64,000 nt of DNA from Perkinsela sp. CCAP 1560/9. Lineage: Eukaryota > Protista > Euglenozoa: Kinetoplastea. Below are positions 57,508-64,000 of the stretch, piece after piece. Within the stretch, counting starts at the first letter, position 1, and each line of letters starts with the position of its first letter. The position numbers were made by a program, and so were the translations under genes. The notes under the pieces were generated by a model, which was given only the letters and a program-made list of their open reading frames with translations, was not told the DNA's origin and ran no database searches. The stretch covers positions 248,001 through 312,000 of the forward strand of contig CBFFSA010000011.1 in the NCBI GenBank assembly GCA_965644495.1, written 5' to 3'.

Positions 57508-60500
57508 ATGACCGCGCTACGAGAGGAAGAAATCCCCCTTCGAGGCCCCTCTCTACCCTCTTCTTCCTCCACCTCCCCTACCCACCCTACCCGGTCTTCA
57601 AAATTTCCCCCTTTTCGTCTCACCCCACCTGTCCTCCTTACACTCCTGTTTATCCTCCTCGCGGTCGGCTCCCTCATCGGGTACGGCTGCACGAGTCGTA
57701 ACCCCGGGACATCTTCTTTTTCATCTTCATCTTCAAACACATCTCCCGATGCTACATCCTTGGCCAATGCACAATGGGAGGCCCTTAAAAAGGCCAAGCC
57801 CCCAAAAACGTACGCGGAACCTCAGCAAAAGTTTACCCCTCTCTCTACGCCTCCCACCGTCTCCCATGGTCGAATCCTTCCCCCTTTAAACTTTTCCCTT
57901 CCCCCTTTAAACTTTTCCCTTCCCCCTTTAAACTTTCCCCTTCCCCCCTTCACCTCTCCTTCTTCGTCTCCTTCTCAAGAGTTAACCAAATCCCACGTGC
58001 CGCTCTTCCCCTCCCCCAGCGACCCCCGTCCCTATCGTTTCCTTACCCTTTTGAAAAACCATTTCGATTTTCTTCTCGTTTCGGATAGCAACACAAAATG
58101 GACTTCGGCCTCCATGGACGTCCATGTCGGGAGTGCGTATGATCCGAAAGAAGGGGATCACGACGGTCATCAAGGCCTGGCCCATTTCCTGGAACACATG
58201 CTGTTTCTCGGAAGTGGGAAATATAAAGAGGAGGGCTCGTATGGGGCCTACCTTGCGCTCCATGGGGGATACGCGAATGCGTTTACCGCACAAACCCATA
58301 CCAATTATTATTTTACGGTTCAAGCAGAGGCTTTTACGGAGGCGTTGGATCGTTTTGCGCAGTTTTTTGTGGACCCGCTGTTGAGTTATGAGGGGATGGC
58401 ACGTGAGGTGAAGGCGGTGCATAGTGAGCATGAAAAGAATGTGCTATCGGATGCGTGGCGGGAGTACCAGTTGGTGTTGTCGCTGGCGGAATCGGACTCG
58501 GCGTTTCATCATTTCGCAACCGGGAATAGGGAGACGTTACAACCGGGGGAGAGGCTCCATGGGGCGTTGTTGTCGTTTTATGCCGCACATTATCGAAATG
58601 CGACACGGATGAAGCTATGTGTTGTGGGGCCGCAATCCCTGGACGAGCTGCAAACATTGGTCCAGACACGGTTTCAAGAGATCGGGGGAAAGAATGAAAG
58701 TACGGCGCCCGATACGGTTTTGTCGACTCCCCACGAGTTGAGTCAAATCGATCCCTATCCTTCCGATGCTCTCCCTGTTCGGGTGTATGCCCAGCCGGTT
58801 ACGGTCTCCATGCGTGCGCTTCGGGTATTTTTCTTTATCCCGATTGATCTTGAACAAAAATATCGGCTGCGCATCCCCAACTATCTTGCCTATTTGCATC
58901 ACAGTCGCGACAAAGGCTCGCTGTATCACTGCCTGCATGAGCTCGCTCTGGTCGAGGATATTGACCTAACGCTGTACGACAGCCTGCCCGTTGGTTTCTT
59001 AGTTCGCGTGAGTCTACAGCTCACGGAACAAGGAGAGGCAAAACATGAGGAAGTGCTAAAAGAGTATTATCGATTCCTGGAGGTTCTCCAAGAAGCAACC
59101 GACAAAAAGGGATGTGAACTTTGGAAACAGAGCGTCGCACTGGAATGGCTGCATTTTAATTTCGAGGAAAATCAGCCCGGGGTGGAGTATGCGATACAGC
59201 TGGCAACTGCAATGCATTATGCCGCCCCGGAAGATGTGTTGGGGTCGCCTCGAAATGCGCACTGTCATGAGCATGTTCTGCGGAGCGTACTGGAGAGGCT
59301 TTCTCCGGAGAATGCGATAGAAATTGCGTGGTTCAGTTCGCAAAATATCACCGGGGAAGAGACTCGGACGGATCCGTTTTATGGAACACGGTATAATGTG
59401 ACCCGCGGAGGGGTTGGAGGAAAGAACAAGCAGAATGTTGTGAAAGAGGGGAGTAACCACACGCAGAACTTATGCCCTCATCTCCATGTGCGCCAATCCA
59501 ATGCATTTCTGACCGAATACGTTTTATCCGAAAACATTACACTTGCAAATAAAATGCAATCCTCGGAGAAAACGAATTCCCCTCCGGAGGTTGTCCGAAG
59601 CGATATGGGAAATACCGTGTGGTATTCTCCGTCTAAACACTATCACACGAATCCCCGGATGGAGTATCGATGTTCTTTAGCCCATACTGGGGCAGTGGAT
59701 GCTACTCTGGTCGTTGCCGCCGGATTACACAATCGGTTGCTACAGGATCAGCTCATCAGTCTACAGACAGAAGCAACAGAGGTCGAGCTCTCCTCTGATT
59801 TTGACATTTCCTCTCGAGGAAGCTCCATTCGAGTCGCTGGGTTCTATGATAAGACCCCGGCCTTGTTAGATGAGATGTTGAGGCACGGCAAGTACTCCGC
59901 GATTTGTGATTCAATCACAGAACAACGGTTTGAAATTGTCCGCGCAAAATATCTAAAGGATTTGGATCATGTGGCAAGTCTACCGGCGTACATGTACGCT
60001 GCTAAATATGTGCTGCCGCTGCTGATTGATCCGCATGCGTACTGTGTGGAAGAGGAAAGACGAGCGCTCGAGGGTTTCAAAAATAAAGAGAAATTGTTTT
60101 CGGTCCTCCAGGTCGCGCAAAGCCTTGTCCGTACCCATTCGGATTGTCTTGGTTTTGGAAATGTGGATAGAAATACCACACTTGCGATGACGAACCACGT
60201 GGGGAACTTAGCGGAGTATGAGCGTGTTGCAAGCCGAACAGAAGTGCAAAAGAACTCACGTCGTCTTCTGACGCTACCGTCCGGCGCTGATATTTTGGTT
60301 CATACCACCCCTGGATTACCCGAGGATGAAAACGAGGTTGTGCTCTCCCTGTATGAGCTATCTTCGGATCCCATTGTCTTAGCCCACGCTCGTGTATTTG
60401 AACGCTTTATCTCTCCTGTGTGTTTTGAGGAGCTGCGAACGAAACGTCAACTGGGCTATATCGTACAGAGTACGCTACGAACCACCGATCTTCCACAGCG

Positions 60501-60969
60501 TTCGGCATCTTTCTTTATGTTTCTTATCCAATCACCCTTGTACAATGCCACTACGGTGCTGGAATCTCTCGAAGAGTTTCTGCGCTCTTCTACGGTTGAA
60601 AACCTTTTTGAAGAGCTCTCGGAGGAAAAGCTCACACACGCTCTTGAGGCTGTGAAGGGTTCACTCTCGGAGCCTCCGTTAACACTCAAAGATGAGACGG
60701 ATCGTGTATGGCACGAGATTGTCTCAGAGCAGTTTCGGTTTGATCGAAGGGATAACGATATTTGCGATCTTGATAAGGTCTCGGTGAAGTCCTTGCAACA
60801 GTTTTATAGGCAATTAGTCGATGGAGGTCAACGACGCCGACTTTCTGTGGTTGTTACTCGATATGGCGCTCCCAATGTTACCAAATGGAACACAAAGTGC
60901 GATGTAGTGGATATGTATGATATTGCGTCAAACATCGATACATGGAGAAACAACATGACATTTGCATAA
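57508..60969 (+). CDS. M16A insulysin/pitrilysin-like metallopeptidase with N-terminal TM anchor
   Basis: GLAHFLEHMLFLGS.KY (HxxEH), NAFT....TNYYF, ALDRFAQFF, FEELRTKRQLGYIV; 21-bp repeat x3 (LPPLNFS) in the stalk. Confidence 0.93.
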   Translation: MTALREEEIPLRGPSLPSSSSTSPTHPTRSSKFPPFRLTPPVLLTLLFILLAVGSLIGYGCTSRNPGTSSFSSSSSNTSPDATSLANAQWEALKKAKPPKTYAEPQQKFTPLSTPPTVSHGRILPPLNFSLPPLNFSLPPLNFPLPPFTSPSSSPSQELTKSHVPLFPSPSDPRPYRFLTLLKNHFDFLLVSDSNTKWTSASMDVHVGSAYDPKEGDHDGHQGLAHFLEHMLFLGSGKYKEEGSYGAYLALHGGYANAFTAQTHTNYYFTVQAEAFTEALDRFAQFFVDPLLSYEGMAREVKAVHSEHEKNVLSDAWREYQLVLSLAESDSAFHHFATGNRETLQPGERLHGALLSFYAAHYRNATRMKLCVVGPQSLDELQTLVQTRFQEIGGKNESTAPDTVLSTPHELSQIDPYPSDALPVRVYAQPVTVSMRALRVFFFIPIDLEQKYRLRIPNYLAYLHHSRDKGSLYHCLHELALVEDIDLTLYDSLPVGFLVRVSLQLTEQGEAKHEEVLKEYYRFLEVLQEATDKKGCELWKQSVALEWLHFNFEENQPGVEYAIQLATAMHYAAPEDVLGSPRNAHCHEHVLRSVLERLSPENAIEIAWFSSQNITGEETRTDPFYGTRYNVTRGGVGGKNKQNVVKEGSNHTQNLCPHLHVRQSNAFLTEYVLSENITLANKMQSSEKTNSPPEVVRSDMGNTVWYSPSKHYHTNPRMEYRCSLAHTGAVDATLVVAAGLHNRLLQDQLISLQTEATEVELSSDFDISSRGSSIRVAGFYDKTPALLDEMLRHGKYSAICDSITEQRFEIVRAKYLKDLDHVASLPAYMYAAKYVLPLLIDPHAYCVEEERRALEGFKNKEKLFSVLQVAQSLVRTHSDCLGFGNVDRNTTLAMTNHVGNLAEYERVASRTEVQKNSRRLLTLPSGADILVHTTPGLPEDENEVVLSLYELSSDPIVLAHARVFERFISPVCFEELRTKRQLGYIVQSTLRTTDLPQRSASFFMFLIQSPLYNATTVLESLEEFLRSSTVENLFEELSEEKLTHALEAVKGSLSEPPLTLKDETDRVWHEIVSEQFRFDRRDNDICDLDKVSVKSLQQFYRQLVDGGQRRRLSVVVTRYGAPNVTKWNTKCDVVDMYDIASNIDTWRNNMTFA

Positions 60970-61343
60970 GCATCTATGAAAAGGATGGTTCTAATTTATG
61001 TCATTTTGTTTGATATTTGTTAATCAATTTGCTAAGCATAAACGGCGAATGTTATAGATAAACAGTAGTACCAGTTCTTGTACAAAGTAGTCTTATCGGA
61101 ATTGTCTATATAGAGTTATTCTGACCACCATGTTCACATTACTTTCACTTTACTTGCATACCATCTTGATTCAGTACATGTGCAATGAATGTTTTAGGCT
61201 ACCAAAATGAATTTTTGGGTTACCAAAAATGGATGTTTTAGTTTTCCAAATTTTATGATCCTCGACTTTTCGTAACTCTTCTTTTACCAATTTAGAAAGG
61301 ATTTCTTCCATAACTACTTCGCCACAATAACTCTCCCGCCGCT

Positions 61344-63320
61344 ATGAGCAACACTTCTGTACCGCAAGTCACTATACAACGACGATACGACCCCAATATT
61401 CCCGTGTTGGTTCGTAAAAGAAGAAGAGTGTCTGCCGATGAAGACCACCAATCAGCCTCAGCTGTTGACAAAGAAAAGTTAGATACTCAGAAACCTTTCA
61501 CGTGGGATACTGAAAATCAGCGAAGGCTGTGGAACGAAACCCAACGTGTGATACGACGTAGTATTAACCAGGCGAACATGGACAACATTAAGGTCGTGCT
61601 CCCTGGGCTGCTTACTCAAAACCTTACATGGGCTCGCGGAGTGTTTTGTCGTAGTATGCTAGAGAGTGTGATGCGAACCCCGGAATTGGGCGCGATACTC
61701 GCAGCGCTCGTGGCCGTCGTGAACTCTCTATATCCGACAGTAGGAAATCTTTTGGTGACGCGAATAGCAGCACGTATTGTTAAAGAGCATCGCAGACAGC
61801 AATGGGGTTCGATTCGAAATCTACTACCGCTGCTCGCCCAATTAACGCTGCAACAAGTTGTGGATGAGAGTCTGGTGCTGGAATGTGTAGCGCTGTTTCT
61901 CACAAAGCCGAGTGATGAAGGGGTTCAGTTAGGGGTGGATCTCATGCTACAACTGCATGTTTATCTCAGCCGCAACAGTCCACGAGCTCTACAGATTGTG
62001 TTGAGCCGATTTCGGACGCTTCTGACTCAAATATGCCCTCAACAGAAATTTTCAGAGTCGACCAAAGGGACGACGCTGTCTTCCCGATCTCACATTCTGA
62101 TACAGGACATGTTTGAAAAGATCGCCCTATCTCGCACGTCAAATCAAAACTCCAGATTTAATTGGGAAGGCTCGGGAGACGTTGACATCTTACCTCTAGA
62201 ACTTGATCTAGTGGAAGATGACCAACAGGTTACGCACCAGTGCTCCCTGAACGACGAATCCCATGATGTGGAAGATAGTGTCAACTTTTTCGCGGCCATT
62301 CCTGCAGAAACGTTTCTAAAAAGGAAGACCGAACATGATGAACGCTTACAGGTTTTGGGTCTCGACAACTTGACAGGTGATATACCCGATATCGGTGAGG
62401 AGTCTCCCTTTGATCTACATAACGATGAGGAGCATCCACCCAATCCCTCATCCACTGAGCCGGAGGAAGAAACGAAACCTCATACTTCAGATGTCGAACC
62501 ATCCACCCCCATTTCGCATGATGCTCTCCCGAACAACCCTATCCCCGCTGAAATAACAAAAACAACAACAACCTCTCCACCCCCACCTACGGACCCTGTC
62601 CCCCCCTCCACGACGCCTCCCCCCCCTCCCCTCCTCTACGACGACCTCGAGCTCCGTCGTCGTTTCGCGCTCCTTCTCCAAGGCAGCGCGAGCCCCGAGG
62701 AGGCGGCGCACAAACTCCTTCGGGGCTTCGACCCGGGAACAGAGCCCACGCTCGCACAGCTCCTGCTGGAGAGTCTGTTCCACCAGCCCACCTATTCCCC
62801 GTTTTACGGGACCCTGGCCTCCCGTCTGGTCGCCACGGGGTACGCCTTTCGGGGCTGCTTCGAACGGCTGTTCGAACGGCACTACTCCGAGGCCGAGGAG
62901 CTGTCCTCGAAGACCACACGACAGCTCGCGAGGCTCATGTCGCATTTGCTCGCGAGTGAGAGCCTTCCCTGGGGCGTGCTCCAGGTGGTGCGGCTGAGTG
63001 AAAAGGAGTGTACCGCGGATCAACGGGTGTTGTTAAAATACCTGCTGGAGGATCTCGCGCGTACGCTCGGGGTGGGGGTGTTGAAGGAACGGCTGCTGTA
63101 CGACAGCGCGCTGCAGCCGTTGTTGAGAGGGATGTTCCCGGTGGATGAGATCGCGGAGGTGCGGTACGCGATGCTGTTTTTTGCCTCATTGGGGTTGTCC
63201 CCGCTGAATGAGAGGCTCAGCCAGACGTATCGGATCTTGCAGCGGGAGGAGAGCCGGGGGGAGGAGGGGATGTTGCCGACTCCTCTGGATCCGAACGAAG
63301 AAATGGAGGGGAGAAAGTAG
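61344..63320 (+). CDS. CWC22: Splicing factor CWC22-like (MIF4G + MA3)
   Basis: QRRLW....IN..N..NI....L...NL..ARGVFCRS; AALVAVVNS..P.VG.LL; EEAAHKLL; R.LA.L..HLL....LPW.VL; R..LKYL. Confidence 0.88.
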   Translation: MSNTSVPQVTIQRRYDPNIPVLVRKRRRVSADEDHQSASAVDKEKLDTQKPFTWDTENQRRLWNETQRVIRRSINQANMDNIKVVLPGLLTQNLTWARGVFCRSMLESVMRTPELGAILAALVAVVNSLYPTVGNLLVTRIAARIVKEHRRQQWGSIRNLLPLLAQLTLQQVVDESLVLECVALFLTKPSDEGVQLGVDLMLQLHVYLSRNSPRALQIVLSRFRTLLTQICPQQKFSESTKGTTLSSRSHILIQDMFEKIALSRTSNQNSRFNWEGSGDVDILPLELDLVEDDQQVTHQCSLNDESHDVEDSVNFFAAIPAETFLKRKTEHDERLQVLGLDNLTGDIPDIGEESPFDLHNDEEHPPNPSSTEPEEETKPHTSDVEPSTPISHDALPNNPIPAEITKTTTTSPPPPTDPVPPSTTPPPPPLLYDDLELRRRFALLLQGSASPEEAAHKLLRGFDPGTEPTLAQLLLESLFHQPTYSPFYGTLASRLVATGYAFRGCFERLFERHYSEAEELSSKTTRQLARLMSHLLASESLPWGVLQVVRLSEKECTADQRVLLKYLLEDLARTLGVGVLKERLLYDSALQPLLRGMFPVDEIAEVRYAMLFFASLGLSPLNERLSQTYRILQREESRGEEGMLPTPLDPNEEMEGRK

Positions 63321-64000
63321 GGCCATAGGGAATAAAGGAGAGGGAATAAGTACTGTTGCTCCTACTTAAGAATCCAAAAGTCCAAAATCCATGGACTCTT
63401 AAGTAGAGGGGATAATACGAGACAAACGATTAAGAAATAAGACACCAGTTTTTTTCTTTTTTTCTTTACAAACAGGCATAAAATGTAGTTGCAAAATGAA
63501 GGAAAAAGCTAAATGTTTTAGTATTTGGCTTAAAAAAACATACACCTTAAAAATGCACTTTTCTGAGCAGATTCGATTAAGAATCTCGTGCGAGTAGACA
63601 AAGGGCAGGCATGTTTCCTTAGTACACGGCTTGGATGCTGCTCATCTAGAAGAAGATAACCACGACTATCGTTGAGTTGCAGTAGTACTACAGCACTAAG
63701 TAATGTTCGTTAAAGGACTTTGAGGGTCATGGACACACCCCACAGGCTTCGCTTTCCTCGCAGAAGCTTATCTAAGGATCGCGCCACACGATCCACATTT
63801 TTTAGCTCTTTTTCAGTGATTGTCGAACAGGGTCTAGTATCCGCTGTTTCCGTGTCTCTTTCTCAGAACGGTACGAACGTCGTGTGTTTGTTGCTACATT
63901 GAGTATTTGGAATTGAGCTACATTGAGTATTTGCAGAAACTCTTCAAGCACTTCTTGCGAACTCATAATATGTCATGTCCCCTAGATATCCTCTGTAGAT

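Overview
Eukaryotic nuclear DNA, most likely from a non-trypanosomatid kinetoplastid (inference). All host-type genes are intronless and on the + strand, as expected for a polycistronic unit. The CDC48 and the putative mitoribosomal bL19m look trypanosome-like, and a kinetoplastid-type spliced-leader (SL) sequence is present. Housekeeping genes are CDC48/VCP, a histone-fold protein, bL19m, a TruA/PUS1 pseudouridine synthase, an M16A insulysin-like peptidase and CWC22. They are interleaved with 13 members (11 intact, 2 broken) of one small leucine-rich-repeat family and a bacterial-type pRiA4b ORF-3 gene. The intergenic space is full of transposons: Tc1/mariner, MITEs, hAT, Merlin, PIF/Harbinger-like, tyrosine-recombinase, RTE-like and CRE-like remnants, several of them nested with readable TIRs and TSDs. 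Top signal (1797-2849): a single TSD-flanked insertion built as CRE endonuclease 3' end, A-run, SL exon, processed host-like mRNA and poly(A), i.e. apparent capture of a trans-spliced mRNA by an SL-associated retrotransposon. Second signal: the LRR family shows clustered amino-acid change in a tandem duplication where the co-duplicated bL19m shows only silent change. All family calls are by-eye motif recognition, not database searches.
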